NCBI RefSeq assembly: GCF_006345805.1
Contig: NW_021833236.1
Span: forward strand, 1-64,000
From: Octopus sinensis
Taxonomy: Eukaryota
Direction: 5' to 3'
DNA length: 64,000 bases
Both the position numbers and the translations under genes were made by a program. Below the pieces are notes generated by a model. It saw nothing but the letters and a program-made list of their open reading frames with translations, did not search any database and was not told where the DNA came from. How positions within the stretch are numbered: position 1 is the stretch's first letter; each line of letters opens with the position of its first letter. Shown here in pieces: positions 25,175-38,539 of the stretch.

Positions 25175-25350
25175 TATATATATGTCACGGAATTCTTCAA
25201 ATTCTCCGTCTACCAAATCCACTCAAATGGCTTTGACGACGGAGTTATAGTAGAAGAGACTTGTTCAGGGTGCTGTTCAGTGGGTCTTGAACCCAAAACC
25301 GCAATAACTGGGCAGCAAACTTCTTGCCAATACAATCACGCATGCGCATA
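25175..25350 (-). mobile_element. SINE type A 5' half, degenerate
   Basis: CCGTCTACCAAATCCACTCA...TATAGTAGAAGAGACTTG...CAGTGGGTCTTGAACCC. Confidence 0.7.
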
Positions 25351-25644
25351 GCCACGCCTGTATATTTTGGTGGAGTGAAGGAGAGAGGATGTCAGTGTGA
25401 CGCTAATTGAGAATAAATTCGAGAACTAAGAGGAATGTGCTACCTCGCGAAAATAGATATTTTTTTCAAGAATTACTCAAACATCCATATTTATTCGCAC
25501 GCATATGCTTGAACACACACACACATACACACACACACAAAAACACACACACACTAACACACACAAAAACACACACACACACTAACACACACACACGGCG
25601 TATTTTAACCATTCTGCGAACTCGCCGCCTTAGATTATAGTAAT

Positions 25645-26045
25645 TATTTCTATTCTAGGCACAAGACTTTGAAAAGTTTTTGGGAAAGGAACTAGTCAAT
25701 TATATTGACCCCATTGCATAACTTGTACTTATTTAATCGACCCTGAAAGGATAAAAAGCGAAGTCGACCTCGGTGGAATTTGAACTCATAAGGTAAAGAC
25801 AGACGAAATACCTATTTCTTTACTGCCCACAAGAGGCTAAACACAGAGGGGACAAACAAGGACAGACAAACGGATTAAGTCGATTATATCGACCCCAGTG
25901 CATAACTGGTACTTATTTAATCGACCCCGAAAGGATCAAAGGCAAAGTCGACCTCGGCGGAATTTGAACTCAGAACGTAGCGGCAGACGAAATACCGCTA
26001 AGCATTTCGCCCGGCGCGCTAAAGTTTCTGCCAGCTCGCTGCGTT
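25645..26045 (-). mobile_element. SINE type B dimer
   Basis: Head at ~26040; two body units joined by the same AGTAAAGAAATAGGTATTTCGTCTG junction as at 10776. Confidence 0.92.
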
Positions 26046-26189
26046 AATATCAATAATAATAATAATTTCTACAGTAGGCCGATGGCCTGACATTTGAGTG
26101 AGGGGCAAATCGATTAAAACGATCCAGGTCCTATCTGCAATAGAGCGTGTCCGATATAACCCCTTAGTCCGCAATGCTCAAGCAATGTA

Positions 26190-26545
26190 CATTTTGGCCG
26201 GCTCTGTAAGTTCTGAGTTCAAATTGCACTGGGATCAACTTTGCTTTTCATCATTTCGGGGTCGATAAAATTAATTATTTGTCAAATATTGAGGGTCGAC
26301 GATATACTCTAACATCCATTCCCACGAAATTGCTAGCCTTTTGTCTAAATTTCTAGACAAACTCATTTGCGCGTCCAACAAAAGGCTTAGCAGCATTTCA
26401 TCCGTCTTTACGTTCTGAGTTCAAATCCCGCTGATGTCCATATTGCATTGCATTCTTCAGGGCCGATAAAATGAGTAGCAATCGACCGCTGTGGTTGGTG
26501 TAAGTGATTACACCCCTCACCCCCCCAAAAAAAAAATTCAGGTTT
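26190..26545 (+). mobile_element. Two degenerate SINE type B copies
   Basis: GTTCTGAGTTCAAAT...TTTCATCATTTCGGGGTCGATAAAA at ~26210 and CGTTCTGAGTTCAAATCCC at ~26411. Confidence 0.7.
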
Positions 26546-26630
26546 TGTAATTTTGTGACCTCCTCATTAATTTCATCATCATCACCACCACCACCACCAC
26601 CACCTTCAGCATCAACATCATCATCAAAAT

Positions 26631-26690
<60 letters not shown>

Positions 26691-27307
26691 CATCCGTCAT
26701 CGTCATTGTCGTCGCCGTGGTTGACGTCGTCATCCCGTTCGTCAATTTCATCATCATCGTTAACATTCTCAACACAATCATCATCATCATCGTTGTCATA
26801 GTCGTCGTCATCATCATCATTATCATCGTTAACATCGTCCTTGGCGTCGCTCTCATCGCCGTTGTCATTACTTCTGTTGTCATCAATTTCTTCCTCGAAT
26901 CGTCTTCTTCGGCGTCTACTCCATCATAGCTGATATGTCGATAAAAACAACAAAATGATTATCAATGAAAATGCAAGCATCATCATCATCATCATCATTA
27001 ACAACAGCATCACCATAATCGTCATCATCGATAGCTACTTTTTGTTGTGGCAGCAGTGAGTCTCTCAGAGAGGAGAATGTTATCAGTGTGATCAGAAGCC
27101 ATCTTCATTCGCCGCCATTTTCTGTGTCCACTCGTCAGTGATATATGACTTGTCAAACCAACGAGAACAATAGCGACATGCACATGCCACCGTAGATAAC
27201 TCCCCCTCTCCCTCTCTCTCCCTCCTCCTCCCCCCTCTCTCTCTGTTTCACTTTCTTCATATACATACACATGTATACGTACACACATGTATGTGCGTGC
27301 GCACATG

Positions 27308-27369
<62 letters not shown>

Positions 27370-27394
27370 CATATATGTGTGAGTGCGGGCGTGT

Positions 27395-27430
<36 letters not shown>

Positions 27431-27499
27431 TACATATATACATACATACATACATACATACATACAATGAGAGAGAATGTAACGAATAGGCAAACAAGC

Positions 27500-27568
<69 letters not shown>

Positions 27569-28584
27569 TAGATAGATAGAAATATACATACTCACAAACG
27601 CACAAACATACCTTTTGTCTTTAGCCCTTCCCGTTCTGTGCCGCACATTTTTTCCGGTTCTGCTCACTATTTCTTCCTTTCGGTTGCCATTTGCTTTCCA
27701 CTGTGTCAGGTCTTTCTGTACGGTTAAAAAAAAAATTCTGTTTTTGTTCGTGCATCTTTACTATTCCGGTTTAGGCTTTTCTACTGCCTACGTGTCACAT
27801 TGAGGGTTCGATCCCAGCACCCCTTTCATTAGATAACAGCCAACCACTTCAAACTTCTTGAGTTTACCATTACAACCTTTCTATTTTCCTGAAATAGTTC
27901 CATATTACTGATTCACTCCGTTTTCTGTACATTATGTGTACAACGCTGCAAAGCCATTTTTTCTTTACTTTAATCTAGCTGCCATATTTTACTAAAATGA
28001 ACTCCATTTTGAATTGGAAGCCCGCATTGTCAAGTATTAACCAGATGCTGATTCATTTCAAACTGTTGGCAAATCTACCAAAAAAACTCCTCGGGATTTC
28101 CCAATTGTGAGTTTCACATCTTCCTCGCTACCGCCATCCGCACCTGCTCTACTTCATCGTTTATTATAAACGTTTTTCCTAACAACCAACTCCAGTTTCT
28201 TTTATAAAAATTAATATTCATGCCAACACGTAAACGCGTGCAACAAGATCGTTAATGTGACGTTTACGTTTCACGACAATGTCAGTGAGATGATTGCACT
28301 TTGACCCAAGGATGGATCCTGATTACTTTATGATTGAGCTTGCCTTACCATCGCAATAGCCTCGCAAAATGCAGATCCTTTAGCATGAAGCCATTGCCCC
28401 ACATGAGACAGTGTCCTGTTCAGTCCACCTGCCTCAATATATAAGAAATATATCACGAGACTGAAGGGGAACAGAAACAAATCATAACCATGCCTGACAC
28501 TAGATTCAACAGCAAAACACGCTGTCGTCCCCTCATTAACATTTCCCCAGCATTATACATAACCTTCATTACATCTTATGCTTT

Positions 28585-28968
28585 ATTATTTACTTGTTTC
28601 AGTCTTTGCAATGCGGCCATGCTGGGGCACCACCTAGAAGAGTTTTAGTCGGACGTATAGACTCCAGTCCATAAATTCTTTTTAAAGCTTGGGTTTTATT
28701 CTATCGGTGTCTTTAGCCGGACAGTAAATTGATAAGGATGTAAACACACCATCACCAGTCGTCTAGTGGCACTGGAGGACAAACACAGACACAAAAACAC
28801 ACACATATATACGACGGGCTTCTTTCAGTTTCCGTCTACTAAATCCACTGAGAAGGCTTTAGTAGACCCAAGGCTTTAGTAGAAAACATTTACCCAAAGT
28901 GCGACGCAGTGGGACTGAACCTCGAACCATTTAGCTAGGAAGCAAACTGCTAACCACATAGCCACGTC
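28585..28968 (-). mobile_element. SINE type A, full length, diverged
   Basis: Tail TTTACTTGTTTCAGTC...GCGGCCATGCTGGGGCACC, internal CA/TA tract, head GCAGTGGGACTGAACC...CCACATAGCCAC. Confidence 0.88.
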
Positions 28969-29547
28969 TTCACCTTATTGGTTTTATAATGTCAGAGAAT
29001 TTGGTTGACGGAAACTGCGTGAAGTTAAAAGGATTCGTAAACGTTTGAGGATTTGGTTTTTCACAAATCATTTCTGTTTAAACTGCTAAAAGCTTTTTAA
29101 AAGCTGATGAAGTTAAGAGCTGCATTTCTATTTGATGGCGTTTTTATTTCTGTGTGGAAACGTAACTACGTCAGCGGTTCATTGTTTCTTTAAAGTGAAC
29201 CCAAATTGTAGGCCTCTTAAAAATTTTAATTTTCTGCCTCATCGTGCTGAACTCAATAACTGAAAGTAGCTTAGGATTATCAGCCATTTCTTCAATAAGA
29301 TGGTACTGCGACAGGCCTTCGGTAGAAGTTTAATCTATTGTATGTAAATTGGTGAAAAGATACGTGAAATACTCCGTTTACGGGTTCTGAGTATTTTCAT
29401 TGTCTTTGATTAAATAATATCCATATATAGAACGAAGAGGAGGGGAGTAGCTGATTGGTGAGTATGAAATTACTGCTTTAACAACAACAACAACAAATTT
29501 TGGTTTGCAAGATTCTTTATATGAGTTCTTGTGTTGAAGCATGTTCT

Positions 29548-29785
29548 GTTGTGTCTGGGGAGAGTCCTTTTCTTTTTGTGCCTTATATTGTAACAGACTC
29601 ACCAGTAAAATTTCCACTTATTTCTTATTTTTATTTTCCTAACATTTTCGTTGCGTCTTGCAACATTTTCAATACTATTGAAAAGGTTGCAAAACGAAAA
29701 TGAAAATAAGAAATAAGTGGAAAGTTTACCAGTGAGTGTGTTATATTATAAGGCACAAAAATATATGACTCTCCCTAGACACAGC
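29548..29785. repeat. Spacer-less imperfect palindrome (~240 bp)
   Basis: Centre TTTTCAATA-C-TATTGAAAA (C at 29675). The arms match out to GTGTCTGGGGAGAGTC (29551) and GACTCTCCCTAGACAC (~29767-29782). Confidence 0.8.
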
Positions 29786-29791
29786 AGTATA

Positions 29792-30026
29792 TATGGGGCC
29801 CCAAAAGTAAATTTACAGTTCTCACATAGGCACTTTAAATTTCTTTTAAAACATTTTATTACATTTAAATTTCTGTCTTACAAACTCAAAAAGGAGCTTC
29901 ACAAAATTAACTAACTTAGTATAGAATAACGGTTTCATATCTTTTTTTAGTTAAGATCTAAACTGTTAACTTATGAATGCAAAAGAGATAGTTGAATAAC
30001 TGTAAACCTACTTTTGGGCCACTCTG
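29792..30026. mobile_element. Tc1/mariner-type MITE (~235 bp)
   Basis: TA-flanked inverted ends TATGGGGCCCCAAAAGTAAATTTACAGTT / rc CAGAGTGGCCCAAAAGTAGGTTTACAGTT; AT-rich interior. Confidence 0.6.
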
Positions 30027-30074
30027 TACATATATATATACTTTGTATGTATGTATATGTGACTTCGTGTGTAC

Positions 30075-30250
30075 CGTTGGCGATTTTTTTCCCTCTGTCT
30101 TCCCTTCTCTGGATCTTTCCGACGAAGAGCTCCGTTCGAAACGTTAAACCCTCCTTCTTCTCTTCTTTCCTGAGCGTCCAATAATATTTTATTTGTTTCA
30201 CGTCCTCGCGTTGTTGTGTTTTTTTTTTTGTGTTTTCATGTTTGGATTAA
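30075..30250 (+). ncRNA. Penelope-type terminal repeat fragment with a degenerate minimal hammerhead (30116-30148)
   Basis: UUU-CCGACGA(core CUGAYGA with U>C)-A-GAGC(UCC)GUUC-GAAAC-GUU-AAA. Confidence 0.5.
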
Positions 30251-30293
30251 CTTATATATATATATATATATTATATGTGTGTGTGTGTGTGTA

Positions 30294-30529
30294 GTCTTTT
30301 ACTCTTTTACTTGTTTGAATCATATGACTGAGACCGTGTTGGAGCACAGCCTTGAAGGATTATAATCGTACAAATCGACGCCAGGACTCATTGTTTGTAA
30401 GGCTTGTATTTATTCTATCGGTTTCTTTTGCCGCCCCGCTAGGTTACAGGGACGTAAATACACTAACGCCGGTTGTCATGTGATGGTGGGTGGGTGGGGG
30501 GACAAACACAGACTCACACACATGCATCC

Positions 30530-30560
<31 letters not shown>

Positions 30561-30661
30561 CATACGACGGGTTCCTTTCAGTTTCCGTCTACCAAAACCA
30601 CTCACAAGGCTATGGTTGGCCCGAGGCTATATTAGAGGACACTGGCCCAAGGTGCCACGCA
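30294..30661 (-). mobile_element. SINE type A lacking its head
   Basis: (CTTTTA) tail, type A 3' half, internal (TA)n, CGACGGG..CTTTCAGTTTCCGTCTACC, ends at GGTGCCACGC. Confidence 0.85.
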
Positions 30662-30926
30662 TATATATATCATCGTACATCACACCAAGAAACTCGAAAG
30701 AGGGCAGCAATATCAAACTCTCACCAAATGCCAATCGCATAAGAGTGACCAATGATAAAGTGACCACACGCCAAGTCTGGCCACAGCCAAAGGAGTTGAA
30801 GCGCATAAAAGAATAAAAGAATGTATGTTCTCACTTTCGTACACATTGCTCTCTCACACATACAGGTACACATAGACACTCCCACAAACATACATATAAA
30901 CAAGCACACACATACACACATCCATA

Positions 30927-31798
30927 TGAGGGGGTACGCCTTAATAACCGGAAACATTCTCTGTGGGAAAAAGCCGTGTAGTTCAGGCCTCCACCGTTAG
31001 AATCCACTTGATGTGACCCTTGGGCAGTCAGTCGACCGGCGTTATCCAGTTGGGTCATACTGGCACGTGGTGCGTCTTTCTTTTGCAGTTCTTCGATTTT
31101 TGCGATGGCTGAAACGAAGGAACAGCGTACTTCTGTGAAACTCGGTTTTCTGCTGGAGAAAACGGCGACTGAAACAGTTGTCATGCTTCAAACAACCTAC
31201 AATGATGTCGCCATGAGCAAAACAGAAGTTTATGAGTGGTTTCTATGATTTAGGAATGGTCACTCGTCGCTTGAGGACCAGCCTTGTTGGCCTCCCGAAC
31301 GAATGAAAACATCATGAAAATTCATGAACTGATCTTCGAGGGCCGTTACCGAACAATTGATGAACTTTGTTGATATGACTGATGTGTCCTAGAAATCCTG
31401 CCAACGAATTTTGAGCAAGGAATTCCGAATGAAAAGCATTGCAGCAAAATTTGTGCTTCACTTGGTCACGGAAGATCAAAAGCAGTCACGAGTGAATGCG
31501 TGTCGTGAACTGAAAGAACAGTTGGAAGTTGATCCGGACCTTTATTTGAAGGTCATCACTGGTGATGAAAGCTGGTGCTACGGAATTTGCAGATGTGGAA
31601 GAGGTGAAGAAAAAATCAATGAAGGCGTTAAAAGGCATCACTTCGTAAGAGTTCCAGCACTGCTTCGAACAGTGGAAAACGCGCCAGGACCGATATAGTT
31701 CTTCAAATGGAGAATTGAAGGCGATAAAAGTATAAACATGTAAAACTAAGTGAATAAAATAATATTGCAAAATTCCGGTTTCTTTTGGGTACCACACA
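30927..31798 (+). mobile_element. Internally deleted mariner (~870 bp)
   Basis: ATG at 31105: MAETKEQR..VK..F...KTATET..ML..Y...AMSKT.VYEWF, then KFV.H.VTEDQK.SR, VITGDESWCYG, joined directly to the C-terminal FADVEEVK...W..R...EGD. Degenerate TIRs share GGTAC...AACCGGAA. Confidence 0.85.
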
Positions 31799-31803
31799 TA
31801 ATG

Positions 31804-31834
<31 letters not shown>

Positions 31835-32656
31835 AGTTATGTCGTTACATACACACAGAATACATGCAAGTAGATATACAAACACATACATATATAAACA
31901 TTACTTCATCATATATGTTTACACTTGAACGTCTATTGCACAAACATACATAAATATATACTACACACACACACACATACACACATACAATACACATACA
32001 ATACACACACACACATACACGCTTACACGCATGCACAGACATTCTCACGTACACAAATAGAACGTAAAACGCGTTCAGCTGCTCATTTCAATTTTCAGCC
32101 TTCTTCATGTGTCTTGATACGTTGAACTAATATCGCCAGAATCAAGATACCAAATCTGATAGAATCTTAATGTAGAAAAAGGCAAAACATTCTTCTGATT
32201 GACACTAATTGTCATCTCAAGAATCTCTTCCTTATTCCTCCCTTTTCTATCACTCTCATTTCCTTATAAGATTCCATTTTGAATACAAAGAAACTGACAA
32301 ACAAAGCGAGAGAAAAGCGGTGATCATGTAAATGTTTTCTCGTTGAAGAATATGTCCGCTTTAGTTATTTTGATTGCAATTTGGCACCATTTTGACAATT
32401 TAACAAGCAAATTTATCTTTATGTGGGAATGGTTACTTTTTAAAAATGTTCTTTTTTTTTAGCAGTTACTGACAAAACCCAAATTTATGACTATTTCTTC
32501 AGCACATGCGCATATGTAAATCATTATTAAAAATACATATACAATTATATATATATGTTTATATATATATATATATTATATATATATATATAATATATAT
32601 ATATATAATATATATATATATATATTATATATATATATATATGTTTATATATATAT

Positions 32657-32694
<38 letters not shown>

Positions 32695-32838
32695 TATATA
32701 TATCTATATATATATATATATATAATACTTAGTGAAATAGAAAGATGAATAATCTTGTAGTGGATTAATCAACAGTTAATAAAACGTTTCTGTTCAATCT
32801 GCGTTCAGCTCCATTTCTTCAATTCACCAATAATGTTT

Positions 32839-32879
<41 letters not shown>

Positions 32880-33752
32880 ATAATCTCTCTCTCTCTCTCC
32901 ATATACACACACACACATATATATATACACACAACACACATACATATAAGTATACACACACCAGTTTAATACAAACATTTCTACGTAAATGTACAAAAGG
33001 TTTAATGGGAAGTTTTCCAGAGAATTTAAGTGAAACCCTCTCTAAAAACTAACATAAGCGTCTGTAACTTCCTCAATATTGGATTACATCTGAGCACTGT
33101 ATAATATCAAGGAAGAAGATATGATATGAATATAAATTTTAGTTATCCATTTGGGATCGTACAAATAACCCAGTCAAAAATATTATCCGCCGATCAAAAA
33201 CCCTTCAGTTGAACAACACCTCATTATAATAATGCACTAAAACAAAGCGCCTTCCAATTAAAACTAAAATACACAGAAAATATGGTTCAAGAAGCAAACT
33301 GTAGCATCGAATATAGATATCAAAAACCGTCTAACATTGGTAAATAAATATGACTGTCTTATACGGAACTGCCACGGCTTGTAGCCGTCTAAGAAACTTA
33401 AATGTCAACTACGGTTGCACGGGAACATCAGCACATACATAGATGTAATAAAACCTATCTCACATATAAAGGTAAGAGAAACCGTTCACCTGATATTAAT
33501 TTCTATAATTTAAGACGCTTTCCTCAATGGACGTGACTAATTACCGACCTTAATTCAGAAATCCAGTGTATCTTCGTCCTAAGGTAGCCAGAAAAAATAA
33601 CACAGGTGTAATTTTACTCATTACACCGTGTCTTTCATGTCTAGAAATACATGAAGCTCTACAGGATCATCCTAATGTATTTAGATCCTGGAGGAAATGG
33701 GAATTGATAACACCAACAAATCCTGATTGTTAAAGATGCACCCGCTCCTTAC

Positions 33753-33783
33753 ATCGGTTCAAAAGGATGTATCATGCTTCTAG
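33753..33783 (-). other. Candidate 31-nt micro-exon (ARSMIHPFEP)
   Basis: Acceptor TGTTGTATTTTTCAG, donor AT|GTAAGG; only one frame is open. Confidence 0.25.
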
Positions 33784-34373
33784 CTGAAAAATACAACATA
33801 TCTATGCGAAGTTTTGAGTGGAAGAACAAAGGTTTTGTTTCAAAATGGAGGTTATAAATGAATCTTTGAAATTGCTTTTCATTCCGTCCTACGATAAAGT
33901 TTCTCCAAATACATAGTTTTTTGTGGGGTTTTTTTCAGAACGAATCCCCATATACATCTCCCCTGCTACCTCTTCCTCTGTTGTATGTCGTCCGAAACCA
34001 TATTTCTTGCAGTCTCTTCCAGCCTCTCCGTATTGTATTGTTAATTAATTATTTTCCATTCAAGACATCTAATTGTCTCTTCCGTCTTCGTCGCCACCAT
34101 CTTATAAAGTCTTTGCATTAATCATCTCTCTTTGTCACCTGATTCTTAATAATCTACGTAAGCATCAAAAGCGGTGGAATTAACCTCGGATATTGTGGTA
34201 ATTGTGACCAGCTCAGTATCCATAAAATGATACTGATCCTTCGAAAGATATAAAACCATAGACCCTGGTCTCTCATGAAACATCTAAACTTCCACATAAA
34301 CTCTCACAGCCCGTTGCTTGTCCCGTTCTTTTCCAAATTCTTTTTTCAAATCCTAAACACACACAATACTTAC

Positions 34374-34406
34374 TTCCACAGTTCCCAAGTATTTGAAGAA
34401 ATCATT
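34374..34406 (-). other. Candidate 33-nt micro-exon (NDFFKYLGTVE)
   Basis: Acceptor TATTTTGCTGGTTTTCAG, consensus donor GAA|GTAAGT; symmetric length. Confidence 0.3.
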
Positions 34407-34869
34407 CTGAAAACCAGCAAAATATAAACTTAGTTTCATTATCATTTCATTTGTAAAAACTTCACCCCCCACCACCACATCCACCTCCATTTCTAAAAGC
34501 CCGCTACCTCCTCCACTTGAATGTTGCTCCCTAGAATATCGTTGTCCGCAGTAGCATCACTTCTAAAAATGTCTTTACACAACCCCCGTCCTATCAAGTC
34601 CTCACACGGCCCCCTTCGTAGGAATTTTAATTATAATTCATTTCTGCCGTCCTTCTGGAATTTCAGCTGTTCTTCAGATGCAACACTTCTTAATACAATT
34701 CGTGATATAATTTCATAAGCCTTTACCAACTTAAGCACGATTCCACCTTTTTTATTGCACCTTTCCAATTTCTCATGAAAGTCCTCAATATACTGTGTAA
34801 ATCACGTTCCAAGCGACTCTTGTCGTTTGCTATAGAATTTCTCTTTCTGATCGCCCATTGTTCCTATCG

Positions 34870-35030
34870 TAAGTAACGCGTGTCACGCTGAATCTCCCGG
34901 AAAACTACATTAAGGATACACGTGTCTGCGGAGTACTCAGCCACTTGCACGTTAATTTCTTGAGTAGGCTGTTCCCTTTGTGGGACCAACTGGAATACTC
35001 GTCGTCGTAACCGACAGAGTGGTAGTTTTT
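34870..35030 (+). mobile_element. SINE type C 3' part
   Basis: GTGTCACGCTGAAT...CTCAGCCACTTGCACGTTAATTTC...TCGTCGTAACCGAC matches 48520-48668. Confidence 0.85.
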
Positions 35031-35364
35031 GTAATTTAGTGCGGACTGGAATAATTATAAACCTACCAGTAACTGTGATAGTTTCCACCATTTCTGACGT
35101 GGCTAATAGTCTTTAACCATCCATGGAACGATGACAAAGTGAAGCAGGTTTTTGTGGTTGATGTTGTTGCTGTTTCTGTTGTCTTTATCGATGTTCAAAC
35201 ACAAGTTATTCATGGTCAAGAACCCAATAATAAAAGTATTCTAAAAGTAACGACCGCATCTTTTATGTATGTATATCAGGGACTTCATTGTTCAGTATTT
35301 TGTATTTATTTGAGCGAAGATTCAGCTGGTATTACTAGCTGGTAGAACCAAGGCAGAAAGGGGT

Positions 35365-35575
35365 CCTAATTAGTTTCAAATATCGGCACAAGGCCAGCAC
35401 TTTCGGTGGAGAGGGTAAGTCGATTATATCAACTCCAGTGCGCAAATCGACCCCGAAAGGATAAAAGAAGACAAATTCGACCTCTGCGTCATTCGAACTC
35501 AGAACATAAAGGCTGGTAAAATTCTGCTGAGCATTCTAACCGGCGTGCTAACGTTTCTGCCAGCTCGCCGTCTCA
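35365..35575 (-). mobile_element. SINE type B monomer
   Basis: GGCACAAGGCC...TCGACCCCGAAAGGAT...GAACTCAGAAC...GCTAACGTTTCTGCCAGCTCGCCG. Confidence 0.85.
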
Positions 35576-36483
35576 CAAGGAGGGTCTTAACTGACATTAG
35601 AATAAACTTGTCTTGTGATTAAATGGTACCATTCTTGGACAGTTACTTCTGCGACCCAGTTGCAATCCCACCGTTTGATGTTATGAATGTTTTGGTTAGA
35701 AGCACCTTTTAAAGGAAATGAATGAAGTTAACAACATCACACACACAACCTACTCCTTTACAAAAACGTACAAAAGCCTTAGCATTTAAGGGCCTGTGCG
35801 TTGTTATCTAACAGCAGCTGGTTTGGTTGACCGTGGGGGGGGGGGGGTCTAGGGTGACGGTGTGACTGGACAGCTGATGTCTTGATATTTATCTTGATGT
35901 ATTGACTTCGTTAACAGAAATAAATGGATTGCTCTGTGCGTGTGTGTGTGTATGAACAAGTGTGTGAGTGCATGTGAGTGCGTGTGTGTACGTGTAAGGG
36001 TATATACGCGTGTACGGCTGAGTGACAGCATGTTTGTGAAGTCAATCAAATTTATATATATATACGCTGGACAATTTAATGGGTGAAAAAGACAACGAAG
36101 CAGTGAAGAAGTCTAACATAAACTCACACACAATCACACTGTCTCACAGTCACAGAGACAAACACTACACACATACCACACACACATACACATAGAGATA
36201 CACATACACATTCACGTGCATACATATATACAAATATTTACAAAAAACATTAAATATCATCAACACACACACAGGACATATGCACACACAACACACACAA
36301 GCACACACATCACCCCATATACACTCACACATATACAAATATACACGCTCTCTGTTATGTAGACCTTGAACACAAATTTCAATTAAGACATTGGTATAAG
36401 GTGTAATATGGAAGACAGGATATGTGTCTGTGTGTGTATACACACACATATATATATGAACATGTATACATGTATATATATAT

Positions 36484-36609
36484 ATTGAGCATGTATGTAT
36501 GTATATGAATATATATATATGAGCATGTGTATATATATATATATATATATAATATATATATTATATATATATATATATATATAGCATGTATATATGCATA
36601 TATATATAT

Positions 36610-36645
<36 letters not shown>

Positions 36646-36892
36646 TTAGCATGTATATATGTATATATGTGTGTGTGTCTATGTATGTATATGTATATAT
36701 ATGTGTATGCATGCATGTATGTATGTATGTATGTATGTATATATATATAAAACGAAGAGTCGAAGAAGACTAACACCACGCACACAGTCTCACACATACC
36801 ACGCACGCACAGATACACATATATACTTACATGCATAAACATATATATATATATTGAGCATGTATGTATGTATATGAATATATATATTGAGC

Positions 36893-36935
<43 letters not shown>

Positions 36936-37178
36936 CATGTATATATGCATATATATATATATTATATATTATATATATGTATATACATATAAGCACGTAT
37001 ATATGTATATATGTGTGTGTGTCTATGTATTATATGTATATATATGTGTATGCATGCATGTATGTATGTATGTATGTATGTATATATATAAAACGAAGAG
37101 TCGAAGAAGACTACACACACGCACACAGTCTCACACATACCACGCACGCACAGATACACATATATACTTACATGCATA

Positions 37179-37200
<22 letters not shown>
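36484..37200. repeat. ~340-bp tandem duplication of a microsatellite-rich block
   Basis: The anchor AAACGAAGAGTCGAAGAAGACT...CACAGTCTCACACATACCACGCACGCACAGATAC occurs at ~36750 and ~37091. Confidence 0.85.
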
Positions 37201-37214
<14 letters not shown>

Positions 37215-37852
37215 TGTGTGATTTTGTATCCACATAGAAACACTCAAGCGCACGCTTACAGACGCATATCGTGTTTTGCACCTGTCTCTTCTTCCTTTAC
37301 CTCTCTATATTTGTTTGGGCACACACACACACACACATACACACACACGCACTATATGTTCCTGTATATATATATACACACACACATATATAAATGATGC
37401 TGTTATATATTTTCGCTTCATTTGAATATATCCAACACTATCAATCTTCCTTTCGCTTATCTCACATATTTATACATACATGCGTGTGTACGTGCATGTG
37501 TGTTTGTGTGTCTGTGTGTGTTTGTGTATACACATATGGAAGCATATATATGCTTTTATATATCCTGTACATGTGTGTATGCGTTTCTACATGAATTTGT
37601 GTGTAGATATAAACTGACACATATCTCATCCTTTATAGAAAACTGTCAATGGTAGGCAGATAAAGATCCTGGTATCACCTGACCCCCCTCATCTAATAAA
37701 TAAACTCTTCCACACATCACCTATTCCTCCCCCCACTCTTTCTCCCTCTCCACCAATTCTCCAACTCCACTTCCTCCTACCACCTCGCTTTTCCTCCCTC
37801 ATCGCTCAACAGACTTCTGCACCTGTTAATCAACATCTTCCCGCAACACTTT

Positions 37853-38435
37853 ATTCTTTTCTACTCTAGGCACAAGGCCCGGAATTTTGGGGGGGAGGGA
37901 GCCAGTAGATTAAATCGACCCCAGTATGCAACTGGTACTTAATTTATCAACCCCAAAAGGATGAAAGGCGAAGTCGACCTCGATGGAATTTGAACTCAGA
38001 ACGTAATGGCAGACGAAATACCGTCAAGCTTTCTTTTCTACTCTAGGCATAAGGCTCGAAATTTTGGGGGTGGGAGTCAGTCGATTAGATCGACCACAGT
38101 ACGCAACTGGTACTTAATTTATCTACTCCGAAAGAATTTGAACTCAGAACGTAAAGACAGAAGAAATACTGCCAAGCATTTCGCCCGGCTTGCTAATGAT
38201 TTTTATTTCTTTATTTCCCACAAGGGGCTAAACATAGAGGGGACAAACAAGGACAGACAAAAGGATTAAGTCGATTACATCGACCCCAGTGCGTAACTGG
38301 TACTTAATTTATCGACCCCAAAAGGATGAAAGGCAAAGCCGACCTCAGTGGAATTTTGAACTGAGAACGTAACAGCAGACGAAATATGGCTTAGCATTTC
38401 GCCCGGCGTGCTAACGTTTCTGCCATCTCGGAGCC
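37853..38435 (-). mobile_element. Three adjacent SINE type B units
   Basis: Type B bodies at ~37853-38025, ~38030-38200 and ~38205-38435 (the last carries the head and the multimer linker). Confidence 0.88.
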
Positions 38436-38539
38436 TTCCAGCTGGTTCCAGTCATGGGCTGCAGCCATTCTGGGACAATACCTTCTACCATATTACTTGA
38501 TCAGATCTGCGCATGTGCGAATAATAGTTCCGTGTTTGT

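Noticed and set aside
28349-28428. Minus-strand exon candidate GLNRTLSHVGQWLHAKGSAFCEAIAM
   Set aside because: Weak acceptor, and no supported link to the other candidates.
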